From: Coriobacteriia bacterium
GTDB taxonomy: Bacteria; Actinomycetota; Coriobacteriia; Anaerosomatales; Anaerosomataceae
Direction: 5' to 3'
Length of the DNA stretch: 61,408 bases
Assembly: GCA_049657775.1 (NCBI GenBank)
Contig: JBASNZ010000085.1
Location: forward strand, 1 to 61,408
In this document: piece by piece, positions 47,118-55,775 of the stretch
How the letters are laid out: each line of letters begins with the position of its first letter
How positions within the stretch are numbered: position 1 is the stretch's first letter
Notes under the pieces: generated by a model
What the model saw: only the letters and a program-made list of their open reading frames with translations
Told to the model about the DNA's origin: nothing
The model's database searches: none
Program-made: the position numbers and the translations under genes

Positions 47118-47455
47118 CACAAGAGACACAACGCGGAATCGACGTTCACTTCCATCTCGCGGAGGCTCTGGAGGATGTCCTCGGGCATGATGTTGTCGAG
47201 ATCAAGCGACACTCCGGTCCCGCTCATGGTTCAGTCGATCTGGTCCACCGCTCACTTCGGGACACGGCGGCGGGATGCTGATCGTCGAGCCGCATCAACG
47301 GCCTGATTCCTGGTCGGCTGCTATGGGTGCGCACAACTCGGGAACCATCAACCCATGGCTCAGAAGGAGGCACGCGTCCTTGTGACGGTCATCGTCGCAC
47401 CCTACCAGCGGCGGCTGATACAGCGCCCGCGCCCTCCGGTACGGGGAGGCGCTCT
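47118..47455 (+). promoter_or_regulatory. about 340-nt 5' leader of the Mg2+-ATPase gene containing a short Pro/Arg-rich uORF (47355-47459) whose stop overlaps the mgtA GTG start
   Basis: No coding potential in the mgtA frame; hand-translated uORF MAQKEARVLVTVIVAPYQRRLIQRPRPPVRGGAL*; by analogy with proline-rich leader peptides that regulate mgtA in enterobacteria. Confidence 0.25.
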
Positions 47456-50017
47456 GTGAGAGACGCTTCAGGAGCCACCATCACCACGGAGACCGGCACG
47501 AAGTACTGGACGCATCCGGTGAACGAGGTGCTGGGCGACGTTGGGTCGAGCCCTGACGGACTCTCAGCCGCGGAGGCCGACGCGCGCCTGGCCGCCAACG
47601 GTCCGAATGCGCTCGCGGGCGACTCGCGTTCGCGCGGGTTGAGGCTGCTGATATCGCAGTTCACGACTCCGATCGTCCTGATCCTCATCGGCGCCACGGT
47701 TCTCTCGTTCGTCTTGGGTGACGCGACGGACTCGGCCATCATCCTGGCGATCGTCCTGGCGAGCGGACTTCTCGGGTTCTGGCAGGAGCACAGCGCCGGA
47801 CGCACGATAGACGCACTCATCGCGCAGATCCGCGCGACCGCGCGCGTCCGGCGCGACGGCGCGGAGATAGAGATCCCGACCGCGGACGTCGTTGTCGGCG
47901 ACGTGTTGGTGCTGCTTCCGGGCACCGTGATCGCGGCAGACGGGCGCGTGCTGGCGTCTGACGGGCTCCTGCTCGATCAATCCGCGCTCACCGGTGAGTC
48001 GTACCCCACCTTTAAGCACACCGAGCCTGACCCGGCAGACACGTCCTTGGGCGAGCGCCGGGCCGCAGTGTTCATGGGCACGCACGTATTGAGTGGGACC
48101 GGCTCCGCCGTAGTCGTTCGCACGGGTGCGTCGACCGAGTTCGGGAAGGTGTCGGGGCACCTTGGGAGTCGCGCCGCGACCACCAGCTTCGAGCGAGGGG
48201 CCACGGCCTTCGGCATGCTCCTGGTGCGCTGGATGGTCGTGCTGGTCACCGGTGTCTTCATCGTCAACCTCGTTCTGCACCGCCCGATCATCGACTCGCT
48301 GCTCTTCTCGCTGGCGCTTGCGGTGGGGCTGACGCCGCAGCTTCTGCCGGCGATCGTCGCCATCAGCCTTGCCAAGGGCGCCAAGCGCATGGCTGACGAA
48401 CAGGTCATCGTCAAGCGGCTCGACGCGATCGAGGACTTCGGCTCGATGACGATGCTGTGCACCGATAAGACGGGGACGATCACAGAAGGGGCCGTGCACC
48501 TTGAGGCCGCCCTTGACCTCGACGGGGTCGCCGATACGGACGTGTTCCGCCTCGCGTACCTGAACGCGTCGCTCCAGCGGGGATTCCCCAACCCGCTCGA
48601 CCTTGCGATCACGGGCGAGACGGCTCCGGAGGCGGGCGCGACCCTTATCGATGAGGTTCCCTACGACTTTGCCCGCAAGCGGTTGAGCGTGCTGGTGGAT
48701 GACGCGGGAACGCCTGTCCTCATCACCAAGGGCGCGTTCTCGAGTGTGGTCGGCGTCTGTGAACGAGCCCGGTCGGGCGAAGACATCGTCGACATCGCCA
48801 CGGTGCGCGTTGCGCTGGAGCAGCGGTTCGAAGAGATGAGCTCACAGGGGCTCCGCGTGCTGGGAATCGCAATGCGCGAGTTGCCGGGGGCAACCGGGGC
48901 GACCGCGGCGGACGAAACGGGGATGGTGCTTCGCGGTTTGCTGACCTTCGCCGACCCCTCCAAGCCGACGGCCAGAGCCGCGATCGACGATCTGGCCGGT
49001 CTGGGCGTCTTGGTCTCGCTAATCACAGGGGACAACCGCCTGGCCGCCAGGCATACGGCCACCGCCGTCGGGCTGCCCACCGACACGATCCTCACCGGTG
49101 AGGACGTCGAGCGCCTAACCGACGAGGAGCTTCCGGCCGCGCTGGTCTCGGTGCGGGTCTTCGCCGAGGTGGAACCGCTGCACAAGGAACGGATCGTGCG
49201 AGCGCTTCGCGCTTCGGGCCAGACCGTCGGGTTCCTTGGCGACGGCATCAACGACGCGTCGGCGCTACACGCCGCGGACATCGGGATCTCGGTGGATACC
49301 GCTGTGGATGTGGCGAAGCAAACGGCCGCGATCGTCTTGATGGACAAGAGCCTCGACGTGGTCGCCGATGGCATCAGGCTCGGGCGGCAGACATTCGCCA
49401 ACACGCTCAAGTACGTGCGCGTGACGATCAGCGCGAACTTCGGCAACGTGCTGAGCATGGCCGCCGCATCGGCGTTTCTGCCCTTCCTGCCGCTGCTCCC
49501 GAGGCAGATACTGCTGCTCAACTTCCTCTCGGACATGCCTGCCACCACCATCTCGACCGACGCTGTGGACGAAGAGCAAACGGTGTGTCCCGAGGTGTGG
49601 GACATCCGGGGCGTCCGGACCTTCATGATCGGGTTCGGGCTGCTGAGCTCGGTGTTCGATATGCTCACGTTCCTCAGCCTGCGGGTGCTGTTCCACGCGC
49701 CCGAGGCGCTGTTTAGGAGCGCCTGGTTCATCGAGTCGACCGTGACCGAGCTGGTGGCGATGCTCGTGCTCAGAACCGGACGGCGCTTCTGGCGCAGCAA
49801 GCCGAGCACGGCACTGATGCTGTCAAGTCTCGCGGTGTTCGTGGTGACGGTCGCGCTTCCGTTCTCTCCGCTCGCCAAGTCCCTCGGTCTCACCGGAGTG
49901 GGAGTTCCCGTGCTCGGGGTCTTGGCCGCACTCACCGTGTTGTACGTCCTCGGGAACGAAGTGCTCAAGGCGTGGCTTGCCAGGACCGAGGCGGAATCAA
50001 GCCGGCGTGCGAAGTGA
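47456..50017 (+). CDS. mgtA: Mg2+-importing P-type ATPase (MgtA/MgtB type IIIB)
   Basis: DKTGTIT, GDGINDASALHAADIGISV, LKYVRVTISANFGNVLSM and MgtA-type N-terminus KYWTHPVNEVL; GTG start behind GGGGAGG (alternative ATG at 47327). Confidence 0.8.
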   Translation: MRDASGATITTETGTKYWTHPVNEVLGDVGSSPDGLSAAEADARLAANGPNALAGDSRSRGLRLLISQFTTPIVLILIGATVLSFVLGDATDSAIILAIVLASGLLGFWQEHSAGRTIDALIAQIRATARVRRDGAEIEIPTADVVVGDVLVLLPGTVIAADGRVLASDGLLLDQSALTGESYPTFKHTEPDPADTSLGERRAAVFMGTHVLSGTGSAVVVRTGASTEFGKVSGHLGSRAATTSFERGATAFGMLLVRWMVVLVTGVFIVNLVLHRPIIDSLLFSLALAVGLTPQLLPAIVAISLAKGAKRMADEQVIVKRLDAIEDFGSMTMLCTDKTGTITEGAVHLEAALDLDGVADTDVFRLAYLNASLQRGFPNPLDLAITGETAPEAGATLIDEVPYDFARKRLSVLVDDAGTPVLITKGAFSSVVGVCERARSGEDIVDIATVRVALEQRFEEMSSQGLRVLGIAMRELPGATGATAADETGMVLRGLLTFADPSKPTARAAIDDLAGLGVLVSLITGDNRLAARHTATAVGLPTDTILTGEDVERLTDEELPAALVSVRVFAEVEPLHKERIVRALRASGQTVGFLGDGINDASALHAADIGISVDTAVDVAKQTAAIVLMDKSLDVVADGIRLGRQTFANTLKYVRVTISANFGNVLSMAAASAFLPFLPLLPRQILLLNFLSDMPATTISTDAVDEEQTVCPEVWDIRGVRTFMIGFGLLSSVFDMLTFLSLRVLFHAPEALFRSAWFIESTVTELVAMLVLRTGRRFWRSKPSTALMLSSLAVFVVTVALPFSPLAKSLGLTGVGVPVLGVLAALTVLYVLGNEVLKAWLARTEAESSRRAK

Positions 50018-50030
50018 GACGCGAGCGCCT

Positions 50031-51086
50031 CTAGTGTCCGACGACCAGGAGTCCGCCGATTCCGACGACGAGTATCAGCAGGACGACGATCGAGTCCAGG
50101 CCGAGGCGCAGATGGTCATGCTCGGGCCGCACGATGATCGCGCCCGCGTAGACCATCGTCATCAGCACCGACACGCCAGCCAGCCAGCTGTTGGCAACGC
50201 CCGCCCGGGCAAGGACGGCCGAGCCCGCGATGAGGTCGGCCACCGCGAACAGCGTCAGCTGGAACGCGTTGCCTCCAAAGATGTCGCCCATCGCCAGCTG
50301 GTGGTCGCCAAGTCGTACGGCGGCGATGCCGGTGCTGATCTCGGGCAGCGCGCTGGCCACGGCGAGTATGGTCGCTCCGAAGAGCAGGCCGTTCATGCCG
50401 GCGCGGGCGGCCAGCAATCCCGAGGCGACGGTGAGCGCCCACCCCGCGCCGAGCGTGACGAGTGATCCCGCGAGAAAGACCGCGAGCACCCGTGCTGCGC
50501 TCCACGCCGCGAACGGGTGTACGACCACCGGATGGGGGATGCGCCTGTGTGGACGCCCCGGCTTGCTGCCGGGCATGTGAACGTCCCACTTGGGGGAGTT
50601 TCGCACCGTGTTGAGCAAGAACATGCCGCCTACCCACACGACCACGATCGCGATCGAAGCAGGGCTCATCCGCAGCACGATGGCGCTTGAAGGCAGGAGG
50701 GCTCCGAGCAGTGCGATGGACGTGACGGCGATGACGAGGAGCGCCTCGAGGACGGGTACCAGCGAGCCGACCATGTAGCTCAGGGGCTTCTTCTCGATCA
50801 CGAAGTAGTCGCAGATGGCCAGGACCGCGGTCTGTATGGCTATGCCGCCAAGAAGGTTGCCGGCTGCGAGGTCCAATTGGTGCGAGAACGCGGCCGTGAT
50901 GGTGATCGCGGCCTCGGGCAGCGTGCCGGCGACGGCGAGCAGCAGCATACCGCCGAACGTCTCGCCGAGCTTCCAACGGTCATCGAGCGAGTCGGTCGCC
51001 CGCGCCAGGTAGAGCCCCGCAGCAAGTGTCACGCCCGCGCTTCCGGCGAACACAAGCCACAACAAGGGGGTTGAGAGCGTACTCAT
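50031..51086 (-). CDS. Ca2+/cation antiporter (CaCA family)
   Basis: Two alpha-repeat motifs GETFGGMLLLAVAGTLPE and GDIFGGNAFQLTL; 10-11 TM helices. Confidence 0.75.
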   Translation of the reverse strand: MSTLSTPLLWLVFAGSAGVTLAAGLYLARATDSLDDRWKLGETFGGMLLLAVAGTLPEAAITITAAFSHQLDLAAGNLLGGIAIQTAVLAICDYFVIEKKPLSYMVGSLVPVLEALLVIAVTSIALLGALLPSSAIVLRMSPASIAIVVVWVGGMFLLNTVRNSPKWDVHMPGSKPGRPHRRIPHPVVVHPFAAWSAARVLAVFLAGSLVTLGAGWALTVASGLLAARAGMNGLLFGATILAVASALPEISTGIAAVRLGDHQLAMGDIFGGNAFQLTLFAVADLIAGSAVLARAGVANSWLAGVSVLMTMVYAGAIIVRPEHDHLRLGLDSIVVLLILVVGIGGLLVVGH

Positions 51087-51170
51087 GAGACGAGTATGAC
51101 CCGTTGGCCCGGCGATGTCCCCGTGGCATTCTGGAGGAGTGACCGTTACCCATGCGAACGGAGTCGTGAG

Positions 51171-51614
51171 ATGGACAGAACACTCATCACCGATGAGATA
51201 ACCAAGGCGATGCGCGAGCACGACAAGCCGCGCCTGGCGATCCTTCGGCTGGTCAAGAACGAGATCGACATCAAGGAGAAGGAGTCCGGCGTCGAGCTCT
51301 CCGGAGAAGATGTGGTCGCGACCTTTAAAAAGGTCCTGAAGCAGACGGGGGAGACGCTTGAGGGCTCGATCAAGGTCGGCACGAACCCCGAGCGTACCGA
51401 ACTCCTACGCACGCAGATCGAGATACTCAACGGCTACCTGCCCAAGCAGGTCACAGGCGATGAGCTGGTTGCCGTGGTCGAACGCGTACTGGCACAGGGG
51501 GAGTTCGCCGGCAAGCGCGACATGGGCCGCGCGATAGGCCTGGTCGTGGCCGAGGTCGGTGGCAACTGCGACAAGGCCGAAGTCGCCAAGTTGGTGGGGG
51601 AGCGCCTGGCATAG
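51171..51614 (+). CDS. GatB/YqeY-domain protein
   Basis: ITKAMREHDKPRLAILRLVKNEI...DMGRAIGLVVAEVGGNCDKAEV typical of the YqeY family. Confidence 0.7.
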   Translation: MDRTLITDEITKAMREHDKPRLAILRLVKNEIDIKEKESGVELSGEDVVATFKKVLKQTGETLEGSIKVGTNPERTELLRTQIEILNGYLPKQVTGDELVAVVERVLAQGEFAGKRDMGRAIGLVVAEVGGNCDKAEVAKLVGERLA

Positions 51615-51712
51615 CCTGGTGAGGGTCGAGTTGCGGCGCTTCGGGGCAGTGTTCGCCCGTTCGGGGGCGAAGACGTTCTTGGTATATTCAAGGGGTATGA
51701 CACAACTGCGAC

Positions 51713-52294
51713 TTGGAGGCGGGCATGGCACGAGTGGTCGGGCGTCTGCACGTGATCGCGGGATGCATGAGCAGCGGCAAGACGGGGGAGCTTATCCGCC
51801 TTCTCTCGAGGCATGCGGTCATCGGCGACCCGATCATCATCTACAAGCACCGTATCGACTCGCGCGACGGTTCCATGGCCCGCTCGCGTATGGGCACCGA
51901 GATGGAAGCGCGCGTGGTGGATTCGGCGGCCGAGATCGACGGCGAGGGCTGCCGGGTAGTCGCCATCGAGGAGGCGCAGTTCTTCGGCGAGGAGCTTGTG
52001 CCGGTCGTTCGTGACCTGCTCAAGAGGCGGCATCTGGTGTACGTGACCGGCCTCAACCAGGACTTCAGGGGGGAGCCGTTCGGTGTCATGCCCACGCTCA
52101 TGGCTCTCGCCGATGAGATATCCTTGCTCACCGCGATCTGCCAGAAGTGCCACGGGGTGGCCACCCGCACCCAGCGCATCATCGACGGTGCGCCCGCGCC
52201 ATGGAGCTCGCCACTGATACTGGTTGGGGGCGCCGACTACTACGAGGCGCGCTGTCCCGACTGTCACGAGGTTCCCGGCAAGCCCGGAGAATAG
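51713..52294 (+). CDS. tdk: thymidine kinase
   Basis: P-loop GCMSSGKTGELI, VVAIEEAQFF, C-terminal zinc ribbon CQKCH...CPDCH. Confidence 0.85.
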   Translation: MEAGMARVVGRLHVIAGCMSSGKTGELIRLLSRHAVIGDPIIIYKHRIDSRDGSMARSRMGTEMEARVVDSAAEIDGEGCRVVAIEEAQFFGEELVPVVRDLLKRRHLVYVTGLNQDFRGEPFGVMPTLMALADEISLLTAICQKCHGVATRTQRIIDGAPAPWSSPLILVGGADYYEARCPDCHEVPGKPGE

Positions 52295-52338
52295 CCGCGG
52301 AGCAACCTAAGTGCCACAGCAGGGTAGTCATGCCGCCG

Positions 52339-52587
52339 CTATGAGGCCGGCAGAGCGGTGCGGTGGCAGGGGGTCTTGTAGACGCGGGCGGCAAACCCGG
52401 CGCGTCCGAGCGACCGGACTATCTGCTTGACGTTGGCGAGTCGCTCGTCATACAGGACCGAGACCAGATGCAGCGACCTGATCATCGCCACGTCCTCGAC
52501 ACCTTCGATGAGCCGTACGAGCATCTCGATGAATGCCTCTTCGTGCCCGTCGCACGGCGACGTGAGTGTGAGGTGAACGGCCTTCAT
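52339..52587 (-). CDS. small HMA-like (ferredoxin-fold) protein with a degenerate metal-binding motif
   Basis: MKAVHLTLTSPCDGHEEAFIEMLVRLIEGVEDV... resembles a heavy-metal-associated domain but GMTCxxC is replaced by SPCDGH. Confidence 0.3.
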   Translation of the reverse strand: MKAVHLTLTSPCDGHEEAFIEMLVRLIEGVEDVAMIRSLHLVSVLYDERLANVKQIVRSLGRAGFAARVYKTPCHRTALPAS

Positions 52588-52886
52588 GGTTTTCTCCTTG
52601 GGCAGTGACGCGACTCGGGTCGCATCGACGGAACGGGGCGAGTGGTCTTTAGCCCAGTGCCGCCTGCCCTCGGGTCCGCGAGGCCCGTGGGGCGAAGAGT
52701 GTGAAACAACGTTACCTGAGCCGCGGACGCCAGTGTCGCGGTCTCGTCATGCGCGCTACCGGGTTCCGGACCCGGCGCCACGAGTCCGCCGACGAGAGCG
52801 AAGGCAACCGCGACGATCGTGAGGGCGCCAATGACCCTGACCAGGCGGGTCCTCGAATGCGCGGGCGTGTGGGGCGGTGTGTCCAT
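52584..52886 (-). CDS. hypothetical small membrane protein
   Basis: ORF with one TM helix (LVRVIGALTIVAVAFALVGGLV) overlapping the downstream gene start by 4 nt. Confidence 0.3.
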   Translation of the reverse strand: MDTPPHTPAHSRTRLVRVIGALTIVAVAFALVGGLVAPGPEPGSAHDETATLASAAQVTLFHTLRPTGLADPRAGGTGLKTTRPVPSMRPESRHCPRRKP

Positions 52887-53089
52887 GTATCAAAGGTGCC
52901 CGTGACTTGTGCAGGACCTGTCGGCGACATGTGGAGACGGGTTGAAGGTTCGGCAACGTGCCACACCGACACGTCCGCCGTTGGCCCGGCGGGCGGCCAT
53001 CATACCGAGTCCGATGAAGACCACTCCCGAGAGGACGCACGCGGGCACGATGCCGAGAACATGCCCTCTCCTCGGCGCTCGGCGAAACG

Positions 53090-54154
53090 CTACTTGCCGG
53101 TGCGTCGCTCGACGTAGGCGTCCCGCTGGCGCACGGCATCGTCCCACGACGAGTACGCCGGATCCTCATGATGATCGGGCAGGCCGTACGTCGTCTTCAG
53201 GTAATCGGCGAGAACCGGTGCGACCTTGCGAGCGCCACTGTCGGTCAGGTGGCCGCCATCGAAGAAGTCGGTCTCGTACGAGAGATCCGGGATCATGTCC
53301 GGCTGGCTCAGGTCGAGGACGCGAATGTCCGGGTACTCGTCTTTGATCTGGGCCACCGCCACTTCCATCGGGTACGTGTAGCCGCCCGGAGGACCGGTCG
53401 GGGTGAGGAACAGCAGCAGTTGAATGTCACGCTCCTCGCACAACCTGGCGATGCGACGCAGAGCGGGCAGATTGTAGTCCACGCCAGCCTCGGCCTCGGC
53501 GCGGGCCTTGGCGCCAGGCTCGTACGGCGTAGGAGTGACCTCACGGCTCTGCAGCTTGGGCAGGTAGCCCTTGAGGTACTCGAACTCCTTGTTCTTGCCA
53601 AAGATGTCCCAGTCTTCGCGGCTGAGCGAGTCCCAGCGGCTGTGGTACGTCCACAGGTCCACGAGCACGCCGGTCCGCTCACCTTCGGGGGTCGCATTGA
53701 GGGCGGCACCGAGTTTGTTCAACGACCACGGCATGTACCCGATGTTGATCTGATGGAACTCCCGGTTAAAGACATCCGGCCGGTACGAGACGCCCGTCAT
53801 CTCAAGCGCGATCACCTTGGGGCTCTGTGTGCGCAGCGCTTCCCGGATGTAGTAGTACGTGATGGACATGCGCTGCGTCGGGCCACCCAGAACGTACGAC
53901 GCCACACCGTCACTGGCCCACATGGTGCACGGGTCGACGCCCGTGAAGACGTGCGACGTCCCAAAGAACATCACGTCAAGGCTGTCGCGCGGCTCCGAGC
54001 GAAACGCCGTCCATGTGCTGCCGCCCGCATTACCCTTTCGCGAGGGCTTGAGCACGGTGCTCGTTACCTGCAGCGTCACAGCCAGCAGAGCGCAGAAGAG
54101 CACCGAGGCGACAAGCCGTCGGATGCGTAGGTGCGTTGTGGCTGATCGGTCCAT
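53090..54154 (-). CDS. DHHW-family / AlgX-DltD-like (SGNH-type) protein, partner of the adjacent MBOAT
   Basis: N-terminal TM anchor, VMFFGTSHV, C-terminal LPDHHEDPAYSSW motif; starts 7 nt after the MBOAT stop. Confidence 0.6.
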   Translation of the reverse strand: MDRSATTHLRIRRLVASVLFCALLAVTLQVTSTVLKPSRKGNAGGSTWTAFRSEPRDSLDVMFFGTSHVFTGVDPCTMWASDGVASYVLGGPTQRMSITYYYIREALRTQSPKVIALEMTGVSYRPDVFNREFHQINIGYMPWSLNKLGAALNATPEGERTGVLVDLWTYHSRWDSLSREDWDIFGKNKEFEYLKGYLPKLQSREVTPTPYEPGAKARAEAEAGVDYNLPALRRIARLCEERDIQLLLFLTPTGPPGGYTYPMEVAVAQIKDEYPDIRVLDLSQPDMIPDLSYETDFFDGGHLTDSGARKVAPVLADYLKTTYGLPDHHEDPAYSSWDDAVRQRDAYVERRTGK

Positions 54155-54160
54155 CTCTCC

Positions 54161-55642
54161 TCAGAACTTGAAGTAGGCGAAGCTCGAGGCGCTGTAGGTT
54201 GCGCCGTAGTAGCCGAATACGACGATGGTGAGCACGAGCGCTATGTACGCCGCCCACCGCAGCGCCACGGGCCTGCGGTAGAGGAGGCCGGGAAGGTCCG
54301 TTCGTGTGGAAACGAAGTCCACGCCAAAGACGAAGAGCGCACTCATCCCGGCGACCATCGTCTGCGGCTTGGACAGCCCGAGGTGCAGGAACGTACCATC
54401 CGAGAGCACACCGGTTGTCGGGAAGAACATCCGCGGCAGGATATAGAGCGCGTCGGTGAGCGACTCGGCCCTGAAGAACACCCACGCGACGCTGATCAGC
54501 GAGAACGTGATGACGATCTGCACCAGTCCCCACGCCGGACCGTCGCGGTCGATCTTGAGCGCACCGGCCACCCGCGTGCGGATGCCCGAGGTGAGGTCGC
54601 CCAGGATCTGGTACGCGCCGTTGAGGAGTCCCCACACTATGAAGGTGTATCCCGCGCCGTGCCAGAGTCCACTGAGGAGGAACACGGCCAGGATGTTGAC
54701 GTACCGTCGAACCTTTGAGACGCGACTGCCGCCGAGCGGGATGTACACGTAGTCCTTGAGCCATTCCATGAGCGTCATGTGCCAGCGGCGCCAGAACTCC
54801 TTGACCGAGCGTGCGAAGTACGGTCGGTCGAAGTTGCGCGCGAGGTCGACACCGAAGAGCCGTGCCGATCCGCGGACGATGTCGGTGTATCCGGAGAAAT
54901 CGCAGTAGATCTGGACCGCGAAAGCAAGGGTCGCGATGAGCAGCACGAGGCCGTGCGTTCGCCCCGGCCAGGCCTGCGGATCGCCGTAGACGGTGTTGAC
55001 GATGACGCCGAGCGGGTCGGCGACGAGGAGCTTCTTGAAGAAGCCCCAGCCCATCAGGAGCAGCGCGGAACGCATGTCTTCGTACGAGAAGCGGCGCTTC
55101 TCGGCGAGCTGGGGGAGCAGTTGGCCGCCACGCGCGATCGGGCCGGCGGTGACGTGCGCAAAGAAGCTCACGAAGAGCGCGTAGGTGAGCAGATTCCGCT
55201 CGGCCGAGATCCGGCCACGATGGACGTCAACGAGATAGGCGATCGTCTGGAACGTCCAGAACGAGACTCCCACCGGAAGGGCGAGGCGCAAGAGTGGAAG
55301 CGTGGCCGAGACCCCCGAGAAGGTCAGCAGGTCGCGAACCACCGACGATGCGAACGACGCGTACTTGAAGACCGCCAGAACACCGACGACGAGGACGATG
55401 GAGACCACGAGCGCGCGCTTGCCGTCCACCGGATCGCGCGCACTCTGTATGCACCGCCCGCCCACATAGCCGATGAGCACGACCACAAGCAGAACGACGG
55501 TCCAGGCGGCCGACAGGCTGTAGTAGAACGCGATGCTCGTGGCAAGCAGCCAAATGGTCCGGGAGCGCACGCCGGGCAGCGTGTAGTAGACGGCGACGCC
55601 CACCGCGAGGAAGAGCATGTAGGCGACCGAGGTGAACTGCAC
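54161..55642 (-). CDS. MBOAT-family membrane O-acyltransferase (AlgI/DltB-like)
   Basis: Typical N-terminus MQFTSVAYMLFLAVGVAVYY..., WRRWHMTLMEWLKDYVYIPLGG, conserved His in LWHGAGYTF. Confidence 0.85.
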   Translation of the reverse strand: MQFTSVAYMLFLAVGVAVYYTLPGVRSRTIWLLATSIAFYYSLSAAWTVVLLVVVLIGYVGGRCIQSARDPVDGKRALVVSIVLVVGVLAVFKYASFASSVVRDLLTFSGVSATLPLLRLALPVGVSFWTFQTIAYLVDVHRGRISAERNLLTYALFVSFFAHVTAGPIARGGQLLPQLAEKRRFSYEDMRSALLLMGWGFFKKLLVADPLGVIVNTVYGDPQAWPGRTHGLVLLIATLAFAVQIYCDFSGYTDIVRGSARLFGVDLARNFDRPYFARSVKEFWRRWHMTLMEWLKDYVYIPLGGSRVSKVRRYVNILAVFLLSGLWHGAGYTFIVWGLLNGAYQILGDLTSGIRTRVAGALKIDRDGPAWGLVQIVITFSLISVAWVFFRAESLTDALYILPRMFFPTTGVLSDGTFLHLGLSKPQTMVAGMSALFVFGVDFVSTRTDLPGLLYRRPVALRWAAYIALVLTIVVFGYYGATYSASSFAYFKF

Positions 55643-55775
55643 GCTTCTCCTCTCCGGGCACGGGTGTCGCGACGGTGGATTCTAGCATGCCGGAACGCCG
55701 CCACGCATGCGAGCACCCCGCCGGCCGAAGCCGGCGGGGTGCTCGTGTCGCGCGGGTCTACTGAGTCGTGATGGG

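Noticed and set aside
47327-47455. Longer N-terminus for mgtA starting at ATG 47327
   Set aside because: Possible, but the GTG at 47456 has a near-perfect GGGGAGG ribosome-binding site and gives an N-terminal length comparable to characterised MgtA proteins; kept as an alternative rather than the primary call.
48661-49968. 435-aa and 311-aa minus-strand ORFs (47564-48499, 48661-49968)
   Set aside because: Antisense to mgtA; Ser/Thr/Ala-rich low complexity.
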